From Verrucomicrobia bacterium UBA6614 (GTDB taxonomy: Bacteria; Verrucomicrobiota; Verrucomicrobiia; Limisphaerales; UBA1100): DNA of 64,000 nt. Shown here piece by piece: positions 42,522 through 53,200 of the stretch. The notes beneath the pieces are model-generated. The model saw only the letters and a list, made by a program, of their open reading frames with translations. It made no database searches and was not told where the DNA came from. The translations under genes were made by a program, and so were the position numbers. Location: positions 17,918-81,917 of the forward strand of contig DJHS01000054.1 of NCBI GenBank assembly GCA_002433235.1. Direction: 5' to 3'. Position 1 is the stretch's first letter. Each line of letters starts with the position of its first letter.

Positions 42522-43373
42522 TCAGCCAATCAACCTCTGGTAGAGCCAGCTCAAACGCTCAGGATGCATAAGGAGCAGGCCACCCCAAGCCGCTGCCATG
42601 GCCGCCAAGGGCGCGAAATCCACCTTGCCCCACTGCAACGGGAACAACCGTAAAGGACTGAGCATGGCCTGCCCTGAGGAATCGATGATCTTCCAGAATT
42701 TGTGTTCCCCAAAATAAATGTAGCTGTTGAGTACATACAGGCCGAGCACCCCCAAGGCCATCCATGCCACAATACGCAGGTTCAAGACTGCCATGCCGCT
42801 AGCCAGATGAAGCAAGGCCTCGGGGGATTGGCCGGGAAGGATGCCCAATTGCATGAGCCACCACGCTGAACCATAATGCACAGAGGCCCCCAGCAAAATT
42901 GCGAGTGGAACAATCAGCACGGCTGGAAGCATATCCAGAAAACCCAATTGGCTTCTCAAAAAATATCTCCACCTGCGGGCATCTTCAGTGGCCGGCTTAA
43001 TGGTGGATGCAAATACCAGTACAAAATTATATAAAACCAGCCAACCAGAAAAGCTGATCACGGAAAACGCAAGCTGCTTGCCAAAATCCGCCCAAGTAAA
43101 TGGCAGCGAGAACGCAGCTGAGAATTCCGGCGTAAAAGCTATGAACGTGACCCGGGGCTGCCAGTCAACTTCCGGCGCAATGCGATGATAAAACCATGCG
43201 CGGCCAACCAGCAAAATCGCCAAAAGCAGGAGCCCAACCGAGCCGCGTGCCAGCCGGGTGCCGTGTCTTTTAAAGAAACCTGCCTTGGATCCTGATGAAT
43301 GGGCAGGCGTATGCCGCCAGTGTATCCACAACAGCAACGCCGCGAGGTTTAGAATCAGGTGCAACCACTCCAT
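42522..43373 (-). CDS. polytopic integral membrane protein, unknown function
   Basis: Start at MEWLHLILNLAALLLWIHW (CAT at 43371-43373). About 7 hydrophobic helices. The ORF-track N-terminal extension overlaps sucD and looks spurious. Confidence 0.6.
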   Translation of the reverse strand: MEWLHLILNLAALLLWIHWRHTPAHSSGSKAGFFKRHGTRLARGSVGLLLLAILLVGRAWFYHRIAPEVDWQPRVTFIAFTPEFSAAFSLPFTWADFGKQLAFSVISFSGWLVLYNFVLVFASTIKPATEDARRWRYFLRSQLGFLDMLPAVLIVPLAILLGASVHYGSAWWLMQLGILPGQSPEALLHLASGMAVLNLRIVAWMALGVLGLYVLNSYIYFGEHKFWKIIDSSGQAMLSPLRLFPLQWGKVDFAPLAAMAAAWGGLLLMHPERLSWLYQRLIG

Positions 43374-43390
43374 CCTTGACGGACGAAAGG

Positions 43391-44281
43391 CTACATCATC
43401 TCCAGCAAAGTGCCAGCCATTTCTGATGGCGTTTCCGCCACGCCAATGCCCGCCTCGCGGAAGGCGGCTTTCTTCGCCTCCGCCGTGCCCTTGCCGCCAC
43501 TCACGATGGCGCCCGCATGGCCCATGCGGCGTCCTGGCGGGGCGGTGGCGCCGGCGATGAAGCCGGCAATCGGCTTGTCGCAGTTCACCGCTGCCCACGC
43601 GGCGGCTTCCTCCTCGGCGGTGCCGCCGATCTCGCCGATCATGATGATGCCGTGCGTGTCGGGGTCGTCATTGAAAAGCTTGAGCACATCGAGATGCGAC
43701 ATGCCCGGCACGGGATCGCCGCCGATGCCCACGCAGGTCGATTGGCCGACTCCAGCGCTGGTGAGTTGCCACACCGCCTCGTAGGTGAGCGTGCCACTGC
43801 GGGAAACGACGCCGATGTTGCCCGCCTTGTGAATGTAGCCGGGCGAAATGCCGATGCGGCAGCCGCCGCTGGAATCTTCGCCCTCGCCGGGCGTGACGAC
43901 ACCGGGGCAGTTCGGGCCAATCAATTTCGTTTCGCTGGCATCCAAAACTTTTTTCACGCTCACCATGTCGCGCACGGGAATGCCCTCGGTGATGGCCACG
44001 ACCAGCTCCAGCCCGGCATCGATGCCCTCAAGAATGGCATCGGCGGCAAAGGGCGGTGGCACGAAAACAGCCGTCGCCGTCGCCCCCGTCTCCGCGACGG
44101 CCTCGGCGACGCTGTCGTAGATGGGCACGGTTTCGGCAAACGTTTGCCCGCCCTTGCCGGGAGTGACGCCGGCGACGAGTTGCGAGCCGTAGTCGAGGCT
44201 CAGTTGGGCATGGCGTCCGCCGAAACCGCCGGTGATGCCTTGGACGATGAACTTGGTGTCAGGTTTTACGAGAATGGACAT
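43391..44281 (-). CDS. sucD: succinate--CoA ligase subunit alpha
   Basis: [35 protein letters not shown] (catalytic His loop). Confidence 0.95.
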   Translation of the reverse strand: MSILVKPDTKFIVQGITGGFGGRHAQLSLDYGSQLVAGVTPGKGGQTFAETVPIYDSVAEAVAETGATATAVFVPPPFAADAILEGIDAGLELVVAITEGIPVRDMVSVKKVLDASETKLIGPNCPGVVTPGEGEDSSGGCRIGISPGYIHKAGNIGVVSRSGTLTYEAVWQLTSAGVGQSTCVGIGGDPVPGMSHLDVLKLFNDDPDTHGIIMIGEIGGTAEEEAAAWAAVNCDKPIAGFIAGATAPPGRRMGHAGAIVSGGKGTAEAKKAAFREAGIGVAETPSEMAGTLLEMM

Positions 44282-44285
44282 GGCG

Positions 44286-45488
44286 TTACTTGGCGGCTTC
44301 GACTGATTTTTGCGCGGCCTCGGCCATTGTGCCGGCGGTGATGATGGAGATGCCGGACTCGGCCAGGGTTTCGCGTCCGGCGTCGACGTTGTTGCCCTCG
44401 AGACGAACGACGAGCGGGAGCTTGAGGTCGGTTTCCTGGGCGGCAGCCACGACGCCCTCGGCGATGGTGTTGCAGTTCATGATGCCGCCGAAAATGTTGA
44501 CGAGGATCGCCTCGACGGCGGGATCGCTGAGGATTATCTCGAAGGCGGCTTTGACCTGTTCCTGCGTGGCGCCGCCGCCGACGTCGAGGAAGTTGGCTGG
44601 TTCGCCGCCGTAATGCTTGATGGCGTCCATCGTGGACATCGCCAGCCCGGCGCCGTTGACAAGGCAGGCGATGTTGCCGTCGAGCTTGATGTAGTTGAGG
44701 TCAAACTTGCCTGCCTCAACCTCCAGCGGATCCTCTTCGGACAGGTCGCGCATCTCGGCGATGTCCTTGTGGCGAAACATCGCGTTGGAGTCGATGGACA
44801 TTTTCGCATCCAGCGCCACCACCGACTCGGTTCCGTCGTCGTTGGCGATGAGCGCCATCGGGTTCACCTCCACCATCGAGGCATCGCACTCAGCCCACGT
44901 GCGGTACAAATTCTGCAGCAACCGCGCGCACTGCCCGATGAGCTTGCCGCGCAATCCGAGGGCAATCGCGATCTTGCGCCCCTGAAACGACTGCATGCCC
45001 AAATCGGGATCAATCGTCTCCTTAAAAATCTTCTCCGGCGTCGCCTCCGCCACCTCCTCGATGTTCACGCCGCCTTCCGCGCTCGCCATCAAGATCGGCC
45101 GTCCCTGCGCGCGGTCCAGCAACACCGCCACATAATATTCGCTTTTAATATCCTGCGCCGAGGTGATCAGCAACCGGTTCACCTGCTTGCCCTCTTCACC
45201 CGTTTGCTTCGTCACCAACACATTGCCAAACATCGCCTCCGCCTTGGCAAATGCATCCTCCGCCGAATCCGCCAAATGCACCCCGCCCTGAAAGCCATCC
45301 TTAAACGTCCCTTTCCCCCGGCCGCCGGCGTGGATTTGGCTTTTGACAACCACGCGGCTATTGCCCTCGGCAAAGAGTTTCTCAATCGCCGCCTTGGCTT
45401 CATCCAGCGAAGTGGCCGGCTCGCCGGCGGGCACGGCCACCCCGTGGCGCCGCATCAATTCCTTGGCCTGATATTCGTGCAGATTCAT
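44286..45488 (-). CDS. sucC: succinate--CoA ligase subunit beta (ADP-forming)
   Basis: [40 protein letters not shown]. Confidence 0.95.
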   Translation of the reverse strand: MNLHEYQAKELMRRHGVAVPAGEPATSLDEAKAAIEKLFAEGNSRVVVKSQIHAGGRGKGTFKDGFQGGVHLADSAEDAFAKAEAMFGNVLVTKQTGEEGKQVNRLLITSAQDIKSEYYVAVLLDRAQGRPILMASAEGGVNIEEVAEATPEKIFKETIDPDLGMQSFQGRKIAIALGLRGKLIGQCARLLQNLYRTWAECDASMVEVNPMALIANDDGTESVVALDAKMSIDSNAMFRHKDIAEMRDLSEEDPLEVEAGKFDLNYIKLDGNIACLVNGAGLAMSTMDAIKHYGGEPANFLDVGGGATQEQVKAAFEIILSDPAVEAILVNIFGGIMNCNTIAEGVVAAAQETDLKLPLVVRLEGNNVDAGRETLAESGISIITAGTMAEAAQKSVEAAK

Positions 45489-45490
45489 AT

Positions 45491-45529
45491 AAAAAAACCG
45501 GTGCCCCTGCTATGCGGCAAGGGCACCGG
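45491..45529 (-). terminator. intrinsic terminator-like hairpin + U-tract between citrate synthase and sucC
   Basis: On the minus strand: CCGGTGCCC-ttgccgcatagca-GGGGCACCGG followed by T7. The T-run ends 2 nt before the sucC ATG (45488). Confidence 0.8.
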
Positions 45530-45551
45530 GCGTTCAAGTAATTTGTGGTGT

Positions 45552-46694
45552 TTAACGATTCTCCACCGGCACCCACTCGAGGCCCTCGTCGCCGGCATAC
45601 TCGGCCTTGGGGCGGATGAGGCGGTTGCCGTCGAGGTGCTCGAGGATGTGCGCCGTCCAGCCCGCCGTGCGCGCGATGGCGAAGATGGGCGTGAACAGGT
45701 CGGTCGGGATGCCGAGGCTGTAGTAGACGGTGGCGGAGTAGAAGTCCACATTGGCGTTGAGGTTCTTCTTTTCCTTCATCAACTCGGCGATGCGCTCGCT
45801 CATGTCGATCCACTTGGTCTCGCCCAGCTCGTTGGTGAGCTTTTGCGCCATGCGCTTGAGGTGCGGTGCGCGCGGGTCCAGCGTGGTGTACACGCGGTGG
45901 CCGATGCCCATGATGCGGCGTTTGTTGGCCAGGCAATCCTCAACGTAGGCGTCCACCTTGTCGACCTCGCCGATCTCGTGGAGCATCTTGATGACGCCCT
46001 CGTTGGCGCCGCCGTGCAACGGGCCCTTGAGGGTGCCGATGGCACTGGTGATGGCGCTGTAAACGTCGCTCAGCGTCGCGATGGTCACGCGGCTGCTGAA
46101 GGTGCTGGCATTGAAGCCGTGGTCGGCGTGCAGGATGTAGCAGATGTCGATGGTGCGCTCCATGTCGGCGCTGGGCTTCTCGCCATTGATCAGCCACAGA
46201 AAGTTGGCCGCCTCGCCCAGCTCGGGATCGCTCGCGAGGATCTCCTTGCCCTGGCGGTTGCGGTGGAAGGCCGCGATGAGCACGGGCACCTGCGCGATGA
46301 GATTCAGGCTCTTGGTGCGCGCGCCGTCAAGGTCGTCGCCGGTCTCGGGATTGTCATCGTAACAACCCAGCGCGCTGACGGCGGTGCGCAGTGCGTGCAT
46401 CGGCTGCGTGTCGGCCGGCAGGCCCTTGATCAGCTCGACCACGCCCGCGGGGATTTCGCGCCGCGAGGCGAGGTCTTGCTTCAGCGCCGCCAGTTCGTCG
46501 GCGTTGGGCAGCCGCTTGTGGTAAAGCAGATAGACAACTTCCTCGTACGTCGCGTTTTCCGCGAGGTCATTGATATTGTAGCCGCAGTAAATCAGCTCGC
46601 CGATGTCGCCGCGCACGTCGCTGAGGTACGTGTTCGCCGCGACCACTCCGGCCATGCCTTTGTCGATTTGTTGGGTGGATTCACTCATAGTCAT
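45552..46694 (-). CDS. gltA: citrate synthase (short ~380-aa type)
   Basis: GPLHGGANEGV, MGIGHRVY and NVDFYSATV are catalytic motifs. Start at MTMSEST (CAT at 46692-46694). Confidence 0.92.
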   Translation of the reverse strand: MTMSESTQQIDKGMAGVVAANTYLSDVRGDIGELIYCGYNINDLAENATYEEVVYLLYHKRLPNADELAALKQDLASRREIPAGVVELIKGLPADTQPMHALRTAVSALGCYDDNPETGDDLDGARTKSLNLIAQVPVLIAAFHRNRQGKEILASDPELGEAANFLWLINGEKPSADMERTIDICYILHADHGFNASTFSSRVTIATLSDVYSAITSAIGTLKGPLHGGANEGVIKMLHEIGEVDKVDAYVEDCLANKRRIMGIGHRVYTTLDPRAPHLKRMAQKLTNELGETKWIDMSERIAELMKEKKNLNANVDFYSATVYYSLGIPTDLFTPIFAIARTAGWTAHILEHLDGNRLIRPKAEYAGDEGLEWVPVENR

Positions 46695-46808
46695 GGCGAT
46701 TGCCCTTGTGTAAAATTGGATAAGGGACGGGCAATCTAGGGATACCGCGGCCATGAGTCAAGTTTTTGGGCGTGACGAATCTGCCGCACTCCTCCCACAT
46801 TCCACCCC

Positions 46809-47612
46809 ATGGCGGACGCCACACAATCCATCGGCATCTTTGACTCCGGCATTGGCGGCCTTACTGTGGTACGGCAAGTCCGTCGTCTGTTGCCCTCCGA
46901 ACATCTGGTGTATCTGGGAGACACGGCTCGTGTGCCGTACGGCACAAAATCCGCCGAGACAGTCACGCGCTTTGCCTGCGAGGACGCTGAATTCTTGGCG
47001 AAACACAATGTCAAGGCTCTGGTGGTTGCGTGCAATAGCGCCAGTGCCACCGCCCTGTCTGAGTTGGAAAGGCGGTTTTCGATGCCTGTGTTTGGAGTGA
47101 TCTCGCCCGGGGCCATTGCCGCCATCGAGCGGACGAGCACGGGCCGTATCGGCGTGATTGGCACCGCTGCAACCATCCGCAGCCAAGCTTATCATCGTGC
47201 CATCGTTGCCCTCAAGCCGGATGCACAGGTTCATGCCCGTCCGTGTCCACTGTTGGTTCCTTTGGCCGAGGAGGGCTGGCAGCAACATGAGGTGACGGGT
47301 TCGGTTTTAAAGGAATACTTAGCGCCTCTTCTCGCTCAAAAAATCGATACGCTGGTCTTGGGTTGCACACATTATCCTATCCTGAAACAGGCCATAGCCG
47401 ATACTGTTGGCGAGACTGTTTTTCTGGTGGATTCCGCCGAAAGCTGTGCCCAGTTCATTCAACGTGAACTGGAACGGTTGGGATTGCTTAACGAACAGGG
47501 TGGGCAGGGCAACCTGCGGCTTTTTTTTACGGACGCGGTCCCCAAGTTTTCTGAACTGGGAGTCCAATTCCTTGGGCAGCCCGCGGAGGTCGAACAGGTG
47601 AGCCTTCTTTAA
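46809..47612 (+). CDS. murI: glutamate racemase
   Basis: IGIFDSGIGGLTV, GDTARVPYG, VVACNSAS, VLGCTHYP. Confidence 0.93.
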   Translation: MADATQSIGIFDSGIGGLTVVRQVRRLLPSEHLVYLGDTARVPYGTKSAETVTRFACEDAEFLAKHNVKALVVACNSASATALSELERRFSMPVFGVISPGAIAAIERTSTGRIGVIGTAATIRSQAYHRAIVALKPDAQVHARPCPLLVPLAEEGWQQHEVTGSVLKEYLAPLLAQKIDTLVLGCTHYPILKQAIADTVGETVFLVDSAESCAQFIQRELERLGLLNEQGGQGNLRLFFTDAVPKFSELGVQFLGQPAEVEQVSLL

Positions 47613-48295
47613 TCTGTACGATATACCAAAAACACCTCGCCGCTTGCGGGGCGCATTGATTTCAATTTGAACTGTCGGGCGTCCATGAGGCTTTCGGCAA
47701 TCGGGCTGTCGGCGATGGTCGGGGCTGATTTGCCGGACATGATCTTGGGGCAAATGGTCAGGTTAATTTCATCAACCAATCCCGCAGCTAGCAGGGTGCC
47801 GTTCAATTGACCGCCGCCTTCACAAAGGAGTCGCTTGACGCCATTTTCAACTCGCAACCAGTTCAAAGCCTTGCGCATGTCAATTTTGCTGCGTCCAAAT
47901 TCACAAACTTCGGCGGCGGTTTCGGCGAGAGTATGTCGGCGCGCCCGATGCATTTGTTTGGTCGTGAGGACAATGATGGGGGCTCCGGGGGAACGGAAAA
48001 TCTTTGCCTTGGGGTTTAGTCGTCCGGAACCGCTTGCTAAGATTCGCAGGGGGGCGTCGGAGAGTCCCCTTGCCGCCCTTATTTCAGAATACTGGCGAGA
48101 ACCGGGGCCAAGGGTGATATCCGGTTGAGCATTTATAGTGCCTGCACCGGTCATCACGGCATCAACAGTGGCGCGCAATGAAAGCAGATGGCCAAAGTCT
48201 CGGCGGCTGCCCAGCTTGGTTACGGCGCGGTTTGCCGAGGCGATTTTACCATCGGCGGTCATGGCCATGTTGATGAGGACGAAGGGGCGGATCAC
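47609..48295 (-). CDS. RibD C-terminal-domain reductase (diaminohydroxyphosphoribosylaminopyrimidine reductase-like)
   Basis: RPFVLINMAMTADGKIA and LLCEGGGQLNGTLL are typical of RibD_C / DHFR-like reductases. There is no deaminase domain. Confidence 0.75.
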   Translation of the reverse strand: MIRPFVLINMAMTADGKIASANRAVTKLGSRRDFGHLLSLRATVDAVMTGAGTINAQPDITLGPGSRQYSEIRAARGLSDAPLRILASGSGRLNPKAKIFRSPGAPIIVLTTKQMHRARRHTLAETAAEVCEFGRSKIDMRKALNWLRVENGVKRLLCEGGGQLNGTLLAAGLVDEINLTICPKIMSGKSAPTIADSPIAESLMDARQFKLKSMRPASGEVFLVYRTD

Positions 48296-49368
48296 TGTAT
48301 AAACATGGCATCGCCGTAGCTGAAGAAGCGATATTTTTTGCGGATAGCGGTGGCGTAGGTGGCTAGGATGGTTTCGCGGCCGTGAAGTTGGCCGGGGGTG
48401 GCGAAGGCACTTATCAGCATAAGGAGGGTCGACTGGGGAAGGTGGAAATTAGTGATCAAGGCGTCGACGGCATGAAACTCGCTGGGTGGATAAATGAATA
48501 TCCTCGTCCGACCCGTGGCTGGCCCGAAGGTCGCATGGCTGCGTGCGAGAGATTCGAGAACGCGGAGGGAGGTGGTTCCGACGGCAATGATGCGGCGGTG
48601 GTCGCGGCGTGCCTTGTTAAGAATAGCCGCGGTGGGGCCAGAAAGTGTATAGCGTTCCTCATGCATTCGATGGTCCTGAATGCGCGAGGCTTTGACGGGG
48701 GAAAAGGTGCCGAGTCCGACGTGAAGTGTGAGTGTACACGGGATGACGCCTCTACGACGTAGTTTGTTTAGGAGAGCAGGAGTAAAGTGGAGTCCGGCCG
48801 TGGGAGCGGCAACGGATCCGGGGGATTGGGCAAAGACGGTTTGGTAGCGGGCAAGGTCGGCGGGGCGGCTGCCTGAGGGGCGTCGTATGTAGGGAGGCAA
48901 AGGAGGCTCGCCAATCTGTTCCAAGATTGGATGAATGTTTTTGCTGAACTGAATGCGGGCGTGACCTTCCACGCTTTTCCCGGTGATGATTGCGGTGGTG
49001 CCAGTGGACTTACGTCGGTGATCACAAATTTCGATCTCCATCCCAATTTTCAGTCGCTTGCTGGGGCGAAGGAGGGCCCACCAGTCGTTCTCGGTGTTTT
49101 CCTCCAGCAACAGCAATTCGATCCGAGCACCTGTGAGTTTTCTGGCGCGGAGCCGGGCAGGAATAACGCGGGAATCGTTCATAACCAATACATCCCCGGG
49201 ATGGAGCAAAGACGGGAGATCACGAAATTGGTGGTGGGAAACAGTTCCCGTGACCCGGTCAAGCGACAGTAATTGCGAAGCGTCCCGCTGTCTTGACGGG
49301 GTTTGTGCAATCAGGGCGGGGGGGAGGGTGTAATCAAAATCGGCAGTTTTCAGGAGGGGCAGAGCCAC
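48292..49368 (-). CDS. queA: S-adenosylmethionine:tRNA ribosyltransferase-isomerase
   Basis: DFDYTLPPALIAQTP, VAAPTAGLHFT, VGTTSLRVLES. Confidence 0.92.
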   Translation of the reverse strand: MALPLLKTADFDYTLPPALIAQTPSRQRDASQLLSLDRVTGTVSHHQFRDLPSLLHPGDVLVMNDSRVIPARLRARKLTGARIELLLLEENTENDWWALLRPSKRLKIGMEIEICDHRRKSTGTTAIITGKSVEGHARIQFSKNIHPILEQIGEPPLPPYIRRPSGSRPADLARYQTVFAQSPGSVAAPTAGLHFTPALLNKLRRRGVIPCTLTLHVGLGTFSPVKASRIQDHRMHEERYTLSGPTAAILNKARRDHRRIIAVGTTSLRVLESLARSHATFGPATGRTRIFIYPPSEFHAVDALITNFHLPQSTLLMLISAFATPGQLHGRETILATYATAIRKKYRFFSYGDAMFIQ

Positions 49369-49494
49369 AGGGCGGATTCTAGAGGGGGAAGAAACCAGAA
49401 TGCGAGTTTTCTGTGAATAGTGTGAATAAAGCTGGAAAAAACCCCTTTAAATGGTCATTTTTGTGGTTGACCTATGTGAATAAATATAAATAAA

Positions 49495-49530
49495 GTGTTG
49501 CGTTGTGTGGCGAAGTGGGTTAATAGTGCA
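49495..49530 (+). promoter_or_regulatory. putative MraZ operator (direct GTG-core repeats at ~10-nt spacing)
   Basis: GTGTT (49495), GTGTGG (49505), GTGGG (49515) and GTGCA (49526) are spaced 10, 10 and 11 nt apart and lie 12-47 nt upstream of the mraZ ATG. Confidence 0.45.
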
Positions 49531-49541
49531 GCACGCGATCG

Positions 49542-50006
49542 ATGTCGGAATATGGCACAAATACGCCTGTGTATTACAATTCACTCTATCGACATGGAGT
49601 GGACGGGAAGCGGCGTGTTCAGGTGCCTGCGAAGTGGCGGCCAACGGAAAAGGGGTTTGAATTCACCATGATGGTTTGGCCGAAATCAAAACAAGGGACT
49701 TGTTTGCGGGTGTTGCCTCCCGGGCAAATGGCAAAGCTAATGGGTGATATTGATGCCATGGGAAATGATGACCCGAACAAGGTTTTGCTCAAACGATTTA
49801 TTGGAAGCGAATCGGTGCAGGTTGCCTTGGATAAGGCTGGCCGCATTTGCCTCCCCGAGGAAATGGCGGCCAAAGCCGGAATAGTGGAGGAAGCGGTGCT
49901 GGTAGGTTTGCTGGATCGGTTTGAGATTTGGCAGCCGGGCCGTTATGAGGCGGTGGCTGAATCCGACCGAATGATGGCTTCGGAGGCTTTTCGGATGATG
50001 GAATAA
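49542..50006 (+). CDS. mraZ: transcriptional regulator MraZ
   Basis: 154 aa with two SpoVT/AbrB-like halves (DGKRRVQVPAKWR... and LDKAGRICLPEEM...). It is the first gene of the dcw cluster. Confidence 0.9.
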   Translation: MSEYGTNTPVYYNSLYRHGVDGKRRVQVPAKWRPTEKGFEFTMMVWPKSKQGTCLRVLPPGQMAKLMGDIDAMGNDDPNKVLLKRFIGSESVQVALDKAGRICLPEEMAAKAGIVEEAVLVGLLDRFEIWQPGRYEAVAESDRMMASEAFRMME

Positions 50007-50231
50007 ATCGAGAGCGACAGAAAATGCAGCTTGCGAAACATCATCAAGGGATTTTTACGACAGAGCCAAGGGGGTGCGCGGCTGCCCTGCCATTCGGTGG
50101 GTTGGCCGCGTCTTATGATACCAACAAAGCCGGTCGGTGAGCCGTTGTGCAAGGCAGCGGCTGCCGGCCGGTCTTTGTGGGTAAAACCCGGGGGGCTGTG
50201 TACAAGGACACGCCCGACGGATCCAGGAGAC

Positions 50232-53200
50232 ATGAAATGGAACGGGCGAAAGAGGCCGCTTTTGGCCTTGTGCGCGGCGTTGCTGCTAGGCGGCGGCGTT
50301 GAGGGCGGCGCGTTCTCGCTGATTGGCCCCGTAAACCCTGGCACGCCTGCGGTGGCCATTAATAATGCCAATTACTATTCATTTCCTCCCCCAGGGACAG
50401 TTTTCCCGCCAGGTGTTAACACCCCTCCGAATGGAACTCAGCAACAGGGGTATCTCAATCATTTTGATCCGATGGGCTGGCCTGTCCCAATCAAGCAGTT
50501 TTATCGGTGGAACTTTCCTGAGTTGACGTATGCCTTTGACAGCACCTTCGTGCATCATTTCGGGCACAATGGGATGCAGGCCATACACAGTGCCTTCGAG
50601 GTATTGAATGATTTTTTTCAGCCACAGGATGGCAGTTATAGTGGAGTCAGCGCCCTGAACCTGATTGAGGAATACGATAAGCACTATGCAACCTGGAAAT
50701 TCAATCCATCCGCCAATGTAAACAATATTGTGGACATGGAGACCATGACGCTTGGCCTCCTGGTGAATCACTTGGGGCTGGGCAATCCGCATCGTCACTG
50801 TTTCACCATTCGGGATATCCTGAGTTATAATCCGGGCGCTTCCACCGGCAACTTCCAGATCGCCATACGAAATTACGACCCCTTTACATATCATCCGAGC
50901 AGGGTAATTAACGGTGTGACTTATAGTTATTTTATATACAGCGGGGTAATTGGCACCCCGACTGTGGTGGATGCCATTGAGTATGCGATTAGCAGTGACT
51001 ATGAATACAGTGCGGTGGCCGGCATTCGGGATGTAATCAATTTTCCAAATGCATTGCCTTGGCCGATGATTGCGCCAACAGTTTTTCGGACACCGGGTGT
51101 GTATTTTGCGCCGGACGATCCTTTGAACAAGCCCGCTCCGCAAAACGTGACTAGGCAGGTTCGCTCGCAGCCAAGGCATACGCTGACGTTCGACGACGCA
51201 GGAGGATTGCGATATCTTTACCGTACAAACAATATCGTGTGGGAAACATATGATGCCACGGTGCAGCGTATTGAGGTGCCCAACATGAACCCCCAGAAAA
51301 GCGGCATTCCCAACGCTAATTGGCCATTCAATAATTTCGCGCTGCGGACATTTGCGGGCGGTGCCGCAAATGCCATAACACCCATTCATCCGGCAGGCGT
51401 TCTTCGCCCGCAGCCGGTGGCCGCGGCTTTTCCGGCTGCTGCTGCGAGGTCTGGTTTGCGTGGGGGTATAGATAAAATCCAATTCACATATCAGCCCTAC
51501 GATTCACTTTTGGGAACCCTGTATCGTTCGAAGACGACCGTCTGGACGGATGTGTTTGTGACAAACACTTTACCATCAGATGTGCCCCAGGCTGATCCCC
51601 CATATTTTGCCCAGAAAGTGGGGAGGACGAGAGCTATTCCGGACATTGTTTTCATTGCAGATGATTTGAGTTTGGGTGCGGCGGGTGCATTGCCCGTTAT
51701 TCAAATTCCTGGGCCGGGTATTGATTGGGACGGTTCCCAAATTGCAAATAATTCACAGCAGGGTGTTACCAGTCAAATGCTTGGACCCGGGGTGATTGAG
51801 CCTCCTGGGGCAACGCCTATTCGGTATTTTTTTACAACACGCGCGCCATTTAATTCGGTGATATGGACTGGTGAGCCGGGGCTGGAGGGTAACTTTATTA
51901 CCCAATTTCAATGGGGTTGGATTACAAACACGGGGCCGAACGATTATATAAAATTCCCGGAAACGGACAAGACACAGGTGGAATCCATTGTTGGTCCGTC
52001 GGGAACGCCTCCAAAGGTGACCCGCATCACGGTATATGATGCGCTGGGCCTGAACTTTCAGCCTGTCCCCTTTGACATCGACAGGTCGCGCGATACAATC
52101 ACAATTTATGGACAACGGCTAGATTCAGTGACTTCGATAAAAATTCTCGATCATGACACGATAGTGGACGGCAATTATGTGACGTTGGAAACAATTGAGG
52201 CGCGTCCATACATTCTTAGTGACCAGCAGATTATAATTCCACCTGGCACCTTGGGGCATAAATCAGTCAGTCCATCAACGGGCACAACGGGTTATCGGAA
52301 GATCGTCTTGGTTAATTCAAAGGGTGAAAGCGAGGCCGCTTTTTTATATGTCGTTCGGGATGGGCGTCCAATAATAAACAGTACGCAGTTTGATGGTTTG
52401 CCGTTGAATACCAGCAAGAGCCTGATTCTCCAAGGAAGCGGATTCAAGCTGAGTGGGGGGGATGTTAATCAGTTGTGGTTCTTTGATGACAGTAACAGTT
52501 CTAACTATAATCTGGAGCCGGGTAGTGCGCCGGGAGCATTTCCGGACCCGATTGCGATTCTGGATATCAATTCATCAAACACTTCGTTTGCGTCAACAAC
52601 TGGTGTGCCGGTGAATTATTCGGACATTGTCGTGACCGACACGATGATTTACCTGCCGCCAAATATCTTGAGCGACGGAAATTATACGTACACTACAAGC
52701 GGGTTTGGTTCTATGGGGCTGGGAACGGTCATGGGACGCAGTGATGGCAATAATACAAGTATTGCCGTGGATGCCTTCACGCGACAGGTCAGGCTGGTTT
52801 TCAATCCGGACGACAATGGGTTGCCCAATGCGAACGTGAATATCAGCCCGCCTCGCGCGTTATCGCAGGCGTACACACATTTGGGAGTGGGTGGAGACAG
52901 GAACAGTACTGTTTCCGGGTATCCTTTGGTGACGCCAAATATTGTTGAGGTGTTTACCTCGGCGGCAATTCCTGGTGTACCCGCCACTCCGGATGATGCG
53001 AACAGGACTTGGATTCGGGGCAACGATGCCGATGTGTTGACCATTCGGGGAACCGGATTGGACTTGGCTTTGTCCGTGGAATTTGTCGATGGCAATGGGA
53101 ACCCGATTCTGTCCACTGATCCGGCTACGGGTTTGCCGCCGCAACCAATCAGCTTGCGTGATGCTGCGGAGCCCAGTTCATTGACGGCGGGGATTACAAT

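Noticed and set aside
44310-46739. An 809-aa + strand ORF spanning the antisense of sucC, the intergenic terminator and citrate synthase
   Set aside because: It is a shadow ORF of the kind common in GC-rich DNA. Its translation is low-complexity and rich in R/G/A/H/L with no motifs. The opposite strand encodes two unmistakable enzymes, and the ORF runs straight through a terminator hairpin.
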